Shown here: positions 13,301-24,379 of the stretch, in pieces
Layout: the number at the start of each line of letters is the position of its first letter
How positions within the stretch are numbered: the stretch's first letter is position 1
Assembly (NCBI GenBank): GCA_903813345.2
Contig: CAIIXF020000001.1
Coordinates: 6,510,001 to 6,574,000, forward strand
Reading direction: 5' to 3'
DNA from: Owenia fusiformis
Taxonomy: Eukaryota
Length of the DNA: 64,000 nucleotides
Notes under the pieces: generated by a model
Told to the model about the DNA's origin: nothing
Seen by the model: the letters and a program-made list of their open reading frames with translations, nothing else
Databases searched by the model: none
Position numbers and translations under genes: made by a program

Positions 13301-16300
13301 TGATTAGGGCGACGCCCACTTTTGATCACATGTTTTATAATGTGGTCTTTGACACTTTGACACACCAACCATGTAAATTCTAATATCTTCTATATTGAGA
13401 TGAATATAATAAGACCAAAAAGATGTACCCTATGAAATCTAGAACCATGTAGATGCGATTTACACTTAAGGCTGATAAGCTCTGCCCCCTCCCAATTCTG
13501 TGACTACCCCCCCCCCCCCACTTTTGATCACTTATGTAATTGTATGGTCTTTGACACTTACCAATCATGTAAATTGGAATATCCCATATATTGACATGAA
13601 TGTGACCCAGAGACCCAGAAGATGCACCCCTTGAAATCCAGAACTAAATAAATGAGATTTACATTTAAGACTTATTAGCTCTGCCCATTTCCAATTCTGT
13701 TACTCTCCCCCCCCCCCCCCTCCTCCACCCCCAGACAATAACTATTACATTCAATTAGATGTACATATATAACTTACCAGAAATGCTTGACATTAAGTAT
13801 AAATCAAAGATGTTTTTAAGTAAATGTACTTCAAAAGTCAAGTTAAACTCTGTATTTATAGAGAATGAACCATATACTATGATTAGGGCGACGCCCACTT
13901 TTGATCACATGTGTAATTCTATGGTCTTTGACACTTACCAACCATGTAAATTCTTATACCTTATATATTGAGATGAATATAATAAGACCCAGAAGCTGTA
14001 CCCTATGAAATCTAGAACCATGTAGATGAGATTAACACTTAAGGCTGATAAGCTCTGCCCCTCCCAATTCTGTTACTACCCCCCCTCCCCCCTCCCCCTT
14101 GTATCCCCATGCAATAACTATAACACTTATATGTAAAAATGCTTGATATTAAGTATAACCAAAGAAATTCAATATAAATGTATCTCAAAAGTCAAGTAAA
14201 ACTCTGTATTTATAGAGAATGGCAATCAACTACTATTATGGGGGCGACGCCCACTTTTGACCACTTATGTAATTGTATGGTCTTTGACACTTACCAGTCA
14301 TATAAATTGCAATATTCTTTCTCTTTAAACAAATGTTTGGACAGCCCTGGTGATTTTTAGAGTGCTAAAATGTTCTGATATCTGTTGATTTGAAAAATAA
14401 TCCACATTCTATATTATGTACAGGTACAGGTTTTACCAAAATTAAGGATTTTCTCAGCAAAAATTGTGGTTTCCATGGCAACCACGAGTGACAGACCATT
14501 GAAAGTTTGCGCACTACCTTAAAATGATCTCATCAACTCTCGATAAAATCATTATGATGATCGAAGACTAACTGAATGAATTATTCAATGATGTTAATGT
14601 ACCCCCTGTAATTTTCCTTTTTAGGGTCAAAAACCCAATTTTGACAACTTTCGCCCCGGATATGGCGCGTCAGACAAAAATTTTCTGAAGTATCACATAA
14701 AAATACATAAGAAACAAGTAATTTCAATTTGTTCAGAAGCGGGTACATTTTTCGGTGCTACCTCACTACCTATTAAGTGTACACTAATTTTACAATATAT
14801 CAATACAACAGAAAACAGTATATATAACAACACACAAAATTAACACTTCATAATAAATAAATAAGTAAATAAATGAACAAATAAATATGCATCATGGATA
14901 AGCACATGAATGGTGATTGTGATACGCGTCCATTGTTTATGTCATATATCACACCCTTCTATGTTATATTACATTTATGAATAAATTCTGCTACAATTTC
15001 AATTTCTTTATTTTCACAAGACATACAATATTGGAAAAAAAGTGAATCGTCCTCCATGTTGAAAAGGTGTTTAATTGGGTTGCCGTGTGATACAAGTTTA
15101 TCGAGCATATGAAGTTGTCTTTCTAAATTTCTCAAATTCAGATTGCGTTGTCATTGACGATATCGAAGACACTATATTGTGGCGATTCAAGATCCAATTT
15201 GATCGAAATTGGGATTTTCATATGAAACATTATCACAAGAGCTCAATACATGCGCAGAATTAGCAATGATAAAATCCCATGAAATGAGGACCAAGTGATT
15301 AAACAGTTGAAGCGAAGGTTATGTCAGCCATTTGTGACAACGGTCTCTGACTTCATTGTCAGGCTATTCCGGTGTGATAAGTGTGAGAATAGCATGACCA
15401 GGGGTTTCAATAAATATTTTTTGAACAGGCCTTTGGCAATTTCATTTATGACATATGTGACAGAATGTCTTTTTCATAGACATGTAGAGCTCTATTCTAC
15501 ATGTAGGTGCATTCATGCGCCTCTGGGCCTTTATATATATATCTGAGATTTGTCATGGCCCCAGAGGCGCATCACCAAGCATTAAAAACCCTAGGCAAGT
15601 TGAGATTCTGAAAAACAACGGATCGGTTGTTTTTGCTTTTTCTCGGAGCTCCTTACCTTAATCTTTAAATTTTTTTGACCACTATGTAGCGACGTTGTTT
15701 GTCTTCAAATTGACCCTAGTTGTAATCATGTTTCTCGTGGAAATTATATCAAGAAGTGTCTTTGTATTTTTCAGGTTAGAGAAATTCGAACGAATTCCCA
15801 AAATTGAGTTGACCTACATAATTTATGCGCATGCGTGATGTCACAAGTCACGTGACTAAATGAATCTGCATATGGTCTAAAAACAATTAGAGTCACTATC
15901 TCTGTTTGGTATTCCTTATTAAAACTAGAAACTATAATAAAAGTCACTGTCTATAATGAGAATTCCTTAATTAAACTTCAACATGTGTGATTCACTCCCG
16001 GGGATTCACTGTTGAATATTGCATACTATGCAGTCTGATTGATATGAACTTTATGTAGTAAAATAGATGGCATCGTATACATTAGGGAATAACCTATCTC
16101 TTCTCGCGAAGTCTCGTGCCGCCATAGAAAATTTTGAAATAATTTAAAAAGTGATGATTTTCCTATAGTATCAGCGCAATTACATCGTGCATAACAACTT
16201 ATGTATGGTAAGTTTAACAATTTATCATATAACATTACATTGGGACAAATATATTAAAAAAAACAAATGGGAATCAAAAGAAATCAACTCCAAAGTAGCG

Positions 16301-16823
16301 CTGGGTTCAAAAAAATTTATTTTTCTGAAGTTTGAGGATTTTAATACAGGTGCATCCACGGCTCTAGTGACCCTATCAAAACTCCGATAGTCAAATAAGT
16401 CACTAGAGCCGTGGATCCACGTCTATTCTACATGAAGACATGAAGTTCTACTCTTAGATCATTTTCTTATTTTTTTGTAAATCAAACTTCTAAATATTGA
16501 CTTTATATGTGTTGTAAATAATGAAGAGCGTGGAATACGTCAAAAAGACCCTGTGATTTCTTTTAAAATGTTTTCATTTAGGAAAAATTATTCAAATTTT
16601 CCAGAAAAAGGCGGACTTCTGAAAAGTAGGTCAAGGAATTCCTTGCTTTCACGAAGCATTTTTTCCAAAAAAGAAAGCAATACATCAAACCTGATAAGCT
16701 CATCTGCTGATATGTATTGTCATGATTGATTCTATCAATCTTTAGAAATGTCAATTCAAAGGAATTAGACAAAATATGCTACTTACTGTCCAAATAGTGT
16801 TCCAAATACATCGCAGTCGCCAT
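4347..16823 (-). CDS. ING5: Inhibitor of growth protein 5/4 (ING N-terminal domain + PHD finger), 7 coding exons, 246 aa
   Basis: Exons on the minus strand: 16823-16787, 8869-8798, 8426-8260, 7719-7617, 6254-6152, 4938-4782, 4448-4347 (741 nt, phases consistent). Protein: [34 protein letters not shown]...[19 protein letters not shown]...[42 protein letters not shown]...KGKWFCPKC. The [13 protein letters not shown] start matches vertebrate ING5; likely the single ING4/5 co-ortholog. Confidence 0.96.
5509..5611. repeat. Short inverted repeat / mini-MITE
   Basis: 25-bp perfect inverted repeat TATGACCTGAATCGATTGCAAACTT (5509-5533) and AAGTTTGCAATCGATTCAGGTCATA (5587-5611), with TA at both ends. 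Confidence 0.75.
10314..10820. mobile_element. hAT-type MITE nested in the Academ left arm
   Basis: TIR TAGGGGTGGGACGG / CCGTCCCATCCCTA (1 mismatch in 14), perfect 8-bp TSD CTATAAAT (10306-10313, 10821-10828), subterminal CCGAA/TTCGG repeats. Confidence 0.9.
11440..12720 (+). pseudogene. Decayed Academ-like transposase fragments
   Basis: Collinear motif remnants across several frames with stops and frameshifts; includes ORFs 12054..12254 and 12496..12738. Confidence 0.65.
16345..16425. repeat. Short inverted repeat / mini-MITE near the ING5 first exon
   Basis: 18-bp perfect IR ATCCACGGCTCTAGTGAC (16354-16371) and GTCACTAGAGCCGTGGAT (16399-16416), extending imperfectly out to TA dinucleotides. 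Confidence 0.7.
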
Positions 16824-18028
16824 TTTGGATGTATGATATGCGCGCGCAGGGTAAGTGATTTACATTTTTGCGCAAATATATAATTCTTCCATTTGGGTTT
16901 AATATATCCATCTTATGTTTTACTGAAATGGCGGCTGATTAATTTCGGACTCAATGGACGCAACAAAAAGAAACTCATATGAGTCATATTTCTAATCTTG
17001 TTGAGAATTTTAAAAATTCGAATTTCCCCGGGGAAATCAAAATTTCACAACAAAAGTGGAGAGACTTGGTTTCAACAACTTCTATAATCGAGGTTTGAAT
17101 GAATCTCCTGAGTTTCCTACCAAAATTGGAATTTCCCCGTTTCAGCCTATGGAACCTAGATCAAGTGTGACATATTTAAAATTGGATGGAGGGGGGGATT
17201 GGATGGAGGGTAGGATCACGTGTATGTAAGACATGATAAGACATGCTACTTGAATTTATTCTTATGACTCCAAATTTTCCCATTTTTCATTCTCCAGAGA
17301 CATAATAATAAATATCCAGTTTCTTACTGGGGTACTGAGTTAGTTTTTTCAAATATACGAGTTCTTGTGAATTTGTTCCATCGTAAGACATATAAATCCC
17401 CCCCTCCATCCAATATTAATTTATTTTGATTATTTTTTGTATAACGCATGGAAACTAACTAAAAAGTGAGCAATGTCATTAGTATTGTGATAATTATGTC
17501 CCGTATACCTATTTATTACAGGTCGTGTAGACCATTGTTGCCCGATTTATAGCAAAAACATTGACTTTTGCACGTTGGTGATGATGCGACTTTTTTAATA
17601 GATCTCATATCTTTGAAGGGTATCAGTTCCAAAAAATACTAGATGACCCAACATATATTTCCATGCACTGCACCTATTCATTTGGCAATTCAGTTGTAAA
17701 TTTTCTCTTGAAAAAATAAATCTTCCAAATTTGTTGAGTTTTCTTGCTTTGTACAATCACCGGGCGTGTATTTATGGCACGAGAAAAGTGTCTGGCTGGT
17801 GGCCTACATGTACCAGTGGCGGATGGGGGTCATGCCCCCCCCCCCCCCCCCCCCCTAAGTTGGGCCCAGAAAAAAAATTGGGCCCAAAAAATGTTGGGCC
17901 AAAAAAGGCCTTAGAGCCCCAAAAAGAACACTTTGGTAGCCCAGAACAGTTGGGCTTCCACATTCGTACACTGTGCTGCTACCAATTATTTTTGTATTCC
18001 ATTTAACTGGTCACATGACTTGTTCAAA
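16824..18028. promoter_or_regulatory. Divergent ING5/HINT3 promoter region
   Basis: Head-to-head genes ~1.2 kb apart. YY1-like AAAATGGCG at both ATGs (16823 minus, 18029 plus) and AAATGGCGGC at 16926; NRF1-like palindrome TGCGCGCGCA at 16839-16848; E-box GTCACATGAC at 18010-18019. Confidence 0.55.
17175..17420. mobile_element. Small TIR element in the intergenic region
   Basis: ATTGGATGGAGGGGGGGATT near 17181 mirrored by AATCCCCCCCTCCATCCAAT near 17395-17414. Confidence 0.5.
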
Positions 18029-18432
18029 ATGGCGACTAAAACATTTAAAAGGTTCGTATTTATTGCGATTATCATTGTTGTTGTCACCTTCTCTTTGCTT
18101 AGTATGGATTTGTTTTCCACAAATATAGGAGTAATAAGTAATACTTACCAGTTTGCTTGCACAATGAGCAGATTTTTCATTATTTGACTGAAGAACCTGT
18201 GTATTGAAATCCCCGGGTTGAAATCTTGGAGTTTTAAAACGTTGTCAGCTGTTGACACTAAGTAACCACTAATCTTTAACTAATCTAGGTTATTTTCAAA
18301 CCCAAGATTGTGGGGTGATTTGAAAAAATCAACCCCACATTTATGGGGGTAGCATGGGGGGTAACATGCCATGCCCAGCAGTCTTTGAAAGAAGTAAGGC
18401 AGACTTAATTGTGTCACAATAGTCAATAGCAC

Positions 18433-18466
18433 CATGGGCTTTCAACTATCTAGTTGAAAGCCCATG
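18433..18466. mobile_element. P-element-like excision footprint / minimal element
   Basis: CATGGGCTTTCAACTA-TC-TAGTTGAAAGCCCATG: 16-bp perfect IR, 34 bp total, CATG termini, flanked by the 7-bp direct repeat ATAGCAC (18426-18432, 18467-18473). Confidence 0.7.
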
Positions 18467-18887
18467 ATAGCACACAAAAAGGTCATGAACTGGGAGGTTT
18501 TGGATACAGGGTTTATCCTTGTCTGAATATTAGTTCAGGGATTTAATAGCATTATCTCCTGAGGGATCGAGGGAGATGCACATATTTCCGAGGGATGAAC
18601 TCTGCTTCCAAAACAGACTGTACATAACAGATGTATTCCATACTAATTGAGGTTCTAGGTATATTATACCATAAAGTTCCCCCGGGAAAGTTCCTTAATT
18701 CAAAAACACATTTTCTTAGTCATAAAGAGTAGTTTTTAAGTTTGTTCAAAACAGATATATGCTTGGAATGATATTTGAATTGATTTGGTTGGACCTTATA
18801 ACAAGCTGACAATGACTTTTTTTTATTTTAACCATAGGTGATGGGTGATACAGCAACAGTCAGCACAATAGCAAAAACAGCACAAAC

Positions 18888-21800
18888 ATGGACAAATGTA
18901 TTTTCTGTAAGATTGCACAAGGAAAAGAGGAGAAAACAACTCTTTTATATCAGGTAATGGAAATATCCATTACAATCTGGTGAAGATGCCAAATATTACC
19001 AAGTTTTTTACATGACTAAAACCAATACCTCTGTGTTTGATGAATTGAGAGAAGGCTCAAAAATAAGAGGTGCAAGGTTATTGATATACATGCGATCTAT
19101 AATATTATATGCTTAGAGCTTTAATGCATAATCTAAAAAATATTTCACATACATGTGCATGTGTAAATTGTAAAAAATTAGGCGCCAAAAATTACACATT
19201 TGAACACAGAATAAAAGTTATAATGTTATCCATTGTTATAGGATGATGAATTAGTTGTATTTAAAGATCACAGGCCAGCTGCCTCACATCATTACCTCAT
19301 CACATCAGTGGAACACATCAAAGATGTAAGAGAACTAACTGGCAAACATGTAGAACTAGGTATGTCTGATATTAAATTCATCAATAATGCTGTGGAGATC
19401 TTCATATCATCCTCCATCGCGCTTTTTGCCCAGTTTTTTCCTTTTTAAAATAATTAAACCTTTGAAAAAATGGACCATCAGTTTTCAAAGGAGTCTGATT
19501 CATTTGAGCTTCAGTAAAAATGATTTTTCTGATTCTTGTTTGGAAGACTGAATTGATTTCCATTTCTGATTCTCATTTACCCCAATGATTTACAAAGGGC
19601 TTTGATCACTTCCTTTATTATCCCAACGAACGGAGTTCGGTAGGGATATAGTGAAGCCCTCAGTCTGTGTGTCAGTCCATCCGTCCATCTGTCCGTCCGG
19701 AAGATAACTCGAATACTAGTAGACGGATTTTCTTCAAATTTGGAAGAAAGATGTATATTGGTGAATACATGTAGTTGTGTGCAACAAAAAAATTCCAAGA
19801 TGGCCACTGCTTAAAAAATGGCGGGAATTTTTAGAGCCAAGCATTTCACAATAATTTTCTGATCTCTTCAAAGTATGGCTATATTATTCTCAAATTGAAG
19901 GTTTAGGGCAGATCACTATTTTGGTATTGTTTTCCTGACTTGAACATCAGAAAATTCAAATTGTCTTTATTATTTGTGATTTTAAAAGGTCACACATGCT
20001 TTTAAAATTGGTAGAAATTCTGATATATCTCTAATGTTTCCAATGTTTACATTTTTGTGACAAATACAGATTCATCTATGTTATAGTGTTTGTTGGGATT
20101 TGCTACTTCTTTGAGTTGCCGTTTTCTAGTTTTGAAATGGTCAGCCAGCAAAGCAACATGCAGTTGTTGTTTAAATTGTTGCATGATCTATTATTGATAA
20201 TTTTTTCTGATTTTCAGTCGAACGATTAATAGCAGTTGGTAAACAAGTTTTGGAAGAACAAGGAGGCAACACAGCTGATGCCAGGTGCGTTTAAAGGTGC
20301 ACATTTTATACATTCAAAGTTACTTTACCAAATTGTACTGCTAGTGCCATAGGAAATATTTTAAAACCTGACATTGGTATTTAATATGGCCTTGATCTTA
20401 GTTAGTTCTGACCTTAGTTAGTCTGACCTGATCTGAGGTGGAAAACTGTCAGCCTCTGACCTGAGGTATGTAGTATGATCTCTGTTAACCTCTTGACTAG
20501 ATGTATAACACTGTGACCTTGTTGACCTCTCACTAAAACTCAATATGCAAAAAAGACCTGATGTTTAACACTGTTAACCTCTGATATGAGGTAAATCACT
20601 GTTGACTTCTTTTATCCTCTGACTAGAGGTATAACACAGTGACTCAGTTCTGACCTGACCTTAATTCTGACCTGAGATTTAAGTTCAATTAACACTGTTG
20701 ACATTTTATACCTCTCACCTAAGGAATATCACCAGGAATGTGAAAACATCTCTATACAACAATAAAAAAATTTATGAATTTGTTGCTTTGGTCCATTTCA
20801 GAATTGGATTCCATTGGCCCCCAGTGACCACTATACAGCACTTGCATCTACATGTCATAGCACCAGAGGCTGAGATGAACTGGTTCTGGCGCCTTGTTTT
20901 CAAACTAAACAGTTATTGGTTCGTATCAGTAAGTATATTCATTCCATAATAACATGTTTTCCCTAGGAAATTAACAGGGAATTGATATTCAAAAAACCTG
21001 TATCAGATCTTGTATCAGCCAAAATACATCGCAATGTATATCGCCAAAACTGATTCTGGTGATGCATCGATGTACATGGCGATGTGTATCGATGTTTAAC
21101 TGAAAATTGCAGATGCAACAATGCACTATTATGGCACATTGCGACAACACTAAATTATCAGATCCTGTATTGGATCCCGTATCAGCCAAAATCCTGTATC
21201 AGAAGTATTTCCGGGGATTTAGAAGTGTTTATTAATAATTTCTATTGTAAAACTTTTTTATAAAGGTTGAAAATGTTATATGATAAATTGAATTATATCA
21301 TTTTATATTTTAAATGAGTTTCTTAAAAAAATATTATGGAACAATAAGTTATTGATGGTTGTCATGGAATATAATTTTTTTCCTCGAGAAAATATGATAT
21401 TAGCCTCCTTGGTTAATATCATATTTTTCCCCTGAATAAAAATCATTTTCCATCCCTCCCATTAAATAACCTCTATTCATTGTCCTGCAAACTCCTGAAA
21501 AGTTAATCTGAGTGTTCACCTGAAAGTTAATATTATAGATTTTTATAGACCTGGGAGGCCTGGGTCATGCTCCCACCATTACAATCCTGATGTAATGCAA
21601 CAACTGACCAATTTTCAAATACAAAAAGGGAGACTCCCTCCAAATGGTATATGCATTCAACTCTATTGAAATGTTCAGGGTTGTGTTCTTGAGGATGAGA
21701 AAAGGTGGCACCCAAATGTGCGGGGTGTGATGAGAGTAGGTCCTCAGCTCAATCTTTTCAAGAGCACCAAACAGTCAACTCAGAGGCCATTGAAAAGCTG

Positions 21801-22046
21801 AAGAACAATTCACATGCATGTCAAGGATGGATTAAGAGGCAAAAAATTAAAAACGTTATTCAAGAAAAAGTGACCCAATTCTGTCGGGGCTACTATGATG
21901 TATTTATGCATATTACTCCCCCGGGATTACTCCCAGGATTTGGCTAAACCATGCTATAAAATCCTGTTAATCTACAGGTTTTTTTATTCCAGGGAGAATA
22001 TATGATCAAGAGATTAACAGCAATGAGAGAGAATGGAGAACTTTGA
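18888..22046 (+). CDS. HINT3: Histidine triad nucleotide-binding protein 3, 5 coding exons, 143 aa from ATG 18888 (possible N-terminal extension from an exon at 18029-18051)
   Basis: Exons 18888-18953, 19242-19359, 20218-20284, 20802-20928, 21993-22046 (432 nt, phases consistent). Protein: MDKCIFCKIAQG...FKDHRPAASHHYLI...RIGFHWPPVTTIQHLHLHVIAP...FKLNSYWFVS. The HIT motif HLHLH and GFHWPP are HINT3-type. Confidence 0.93.
19614..20131 (+). mobile_element. Helentron-associated non-autonomous element (HINE/DINE-1-like)
   Basis: T-rich 5' end, subterminal IR ATCCCAAC (19620) / GTTGGGAT (20092), GTCC/GTCT microsatellite (19663-19700), short imperfect 3' hairpin, then CTAGTTTT. Confidence 0.65.
20390..20680. 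repeat. Degenerate tandem repeat built on TGACCT/CTGACC motifs in a HINT3 intron
   Basis: Many recurrences of ctgacct, ttgacct and taacactg in about 300 bp. Confidence 0.6.
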
Positions 22047-22449
22047 TGAATATGAGAAAATCAACAGCAATGCCAAAAGAGGATGAACTGTCCAACAGTT
22101 TTTGCCAATGGCATACGTGTTACATTACATTTTTTGGTACTGTATGTGATTTACAACAACTGTGAACACAGGCATACAACACAAGAATGGACAAAATAAA
22201 ATGGACATTATCTTTTCATAATTTACAATGTATGTTAGCATTTTTACAATAAAACAGTTAATATAATATTTACTTTTTCCAATATTTAATTGAGAGATTG
22301 ATAGTACTGTATATAAGGAAAATATACCTGTGAAAGATGGCAGTCGCGAATCCATCATCTTCATTAAAACTCTGCATTGTATTTCACTGCCCTCTATAAA
22401 TGATACTAGACGTTTTTAAATAGTTGTCAGCTACTGATAACCAGATGAA

Positions 22450-23950
22450 GCCAAGCTGAGTGAGATGCTCTGCTAGATTTAGAATACTAGGGTTAGGTGT
22501 AGATTATTTGACAGCAATCAGCTCACAGATCGTTCTAAGGTATCATATTTCACGACACTGGTGGCTGTTTTGTTAGTTGGAGTCATACTAAACAAGCCTG
22601 CAACCCAAGCTTGGTGATCAGCAGAGGCACATCTTGAGTTGGATTTAGTATGGGATTATAAAGTGTGGACACGCTTGATACTTGGAGTGTAGGAACTGGA
22701 TCTGTATTTTAAGTAAAAATCAGAAACTTCAAATCGGTGAGTAGATCAATGAATTTTTTCAAATGATTTCAATAATATTTGTTTCAATGTAGGAATAGAT
22801 GGTTGATCTGTAAATGTTCATGACTATGTATTCAAGTGTCTTAACAGGGTGTCTGATGCCATCCATCCGGGCATATAGTGTTCAATATATTCACCAGAGA
22901 AATGGATGTGATATTTTGGTGTGGTGGGGCTCGGGTTGTTCAGAAAAGTACTCAACCTTTCTCTAGTTTAGCAACATGTTAAATTCTAAAAAAGGAATAT
23001 TGATAGAAGGTGGTGACTTTTTGGGAAGTGAAATGGTAGAGAAGTGACTGACATAGGAGCCCCAGACTGACTTATGAGCCCCAGAATACATGTAGGCCTA
23101 AGGACTTCCAATAGTTTGATTTTAAATCTCTCTGGGAGTTTGCCTTTCACATTGAGCCCACGAAAATGTTGGAACAATCAACTCTATGTTTGAGAGAGAA
23201 ACGTGCTATTTTTGTAATCGAATATATTTTGGTTTGGGGTGTTCTTTCAAGTTTCAAGGATCGGTGTGAATGCACTGCTAATAGCAAGCAGAAATGTTAA
23301 GCACTTACAAAAAGGATAAGATCTGAATGCGAAACGTTATTTTACCAGGGAGAATATAATCGAATGAAGGATTGGGTTGTGGTCAGTTGAGCAATGACAG
23401 GATAACCATCGATCAGGCAAATGGTCTCATTTCAGCACCAACACTGATTTTCTTCATCCTAGCATCAGCTCAATGCGATTTTTTTATTCACGTTTTTCGT
23501 TACGTTCATTTAACAAGATGGATTTTCTAAACCGTACAAAGGCTGCAATACAATTTGTACTACAATGAGAATATGTTTAACAAATGTTCTACATATGCTG
23601 TTACTCATGTATAGAGCTTCATGTAGTAATACCATTTTCTCACCGAACAGAGTAAATTGGAAATTGTAGGAGGAAGCAGATGGTTAAATCACCTTATCCT
23701 TTGAAAGCTTCAGTTTATGCTTCACACTTACTCTCGATTCGAAGTGCAAGTACATCCTCCTTTGGTCTTACCACTGGGGTTTTACAATGGGTTACATTGG
23801 TCTTGCATTCATGCTTGTTGTTGAAGTTGATGAGGAGGGTCAAGGGTCTTGAAGCAAGACTATATAATATTATATCATGGACTCGGAGAAATCAAAGTCC
23901 AATAGTCCATGAAGTCTAGTTACCGGCGCATCACATCCCTGGGGGTGCCA
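22450..23950 (-). mobile_element. Heavily decayed non-LTR retrotransposon (LINE) reverse transcriptase remnant
   Basis: Minus-strand remnants resembling KGD..., AFV.F.K, FA.D and KLPERFKIKLLEVLRP (ORF 22986..23177), in RT order but with many stops and deletions. Confidence 0.4.
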
Positions 23951-24379
23951 CCCTGAGGTATAGCGCCTGGCTATTTTGAAAGGTATGAGGGTCTTACTTT
24001 ATTGATATCAAAAAGGTTGAAACCCATCACAGTACCCCAAAGCACAGAGGCTAGAAACAGTTGAAGATTTAGATCTTTTTAAAGACGCTAAATCAAACTA
24101 TTGTAAATAGGGGACATACGCTAATACATACATGTATCATGGTATACCATGGTGATGATTTGTTCTTCCCAGAGATTGCCGAACCTGGGCGAGAGACCCT
24201 TGTACAATATACAATTATTGACCTCTCCAGCCGTAGGTCGAGGTTTACAGTCGAGGGATATAATTTTGACAGTAAACCGAATTGAGAGGTCTATAATTGT
24301 TTTGTTCAGTAGTCCGAAGAATATCTTAGATTTTTCTGACCCTTGAAGTTGACTTGAAGTTGGATTCAGACCCTCGAGA

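Larger units (their letters stand above)
9406..14768 (+). mobile_element. Academ-type DNA transposon derivative with very long inverted arms and a decayed internal transposase, in ING5 intron 1
   Basis: TAGTGAGGTAGCACCG...CGGTGCTACCTCACTA termini. About 450 bp of near-identical TIR continues into mirror-image arrays of a ~355-bp unit (~9860-11430 and ~12740-14310). The centre holds broken peptides [59 protein letters not shown] and AFLALHTFT that resemble Academ transposase. No clean TSD seen. Confidence 0.8.

Noticed and set aside
9860-14310. Regularly recurring motifs suggesting a CRISPR-like array
   Set aside because: Whole ~355-bp units repeat with no unique spacers, no cas genes are present, and the context is eukaryotic.
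10891-14360. Similar short ORFs (10891..11217, 13759..13971, 14178..14360) as a peptide family
   Set aside because: They are translations of the tandem repeat unit with inconsistent frames.
9406-14768. CACTA/EnSpm assignment from the TAGTG/CACTA ends
   Set aside because: The orientation is reversed (TAGTG...CACTA) and the internal peptides look Academ-like.
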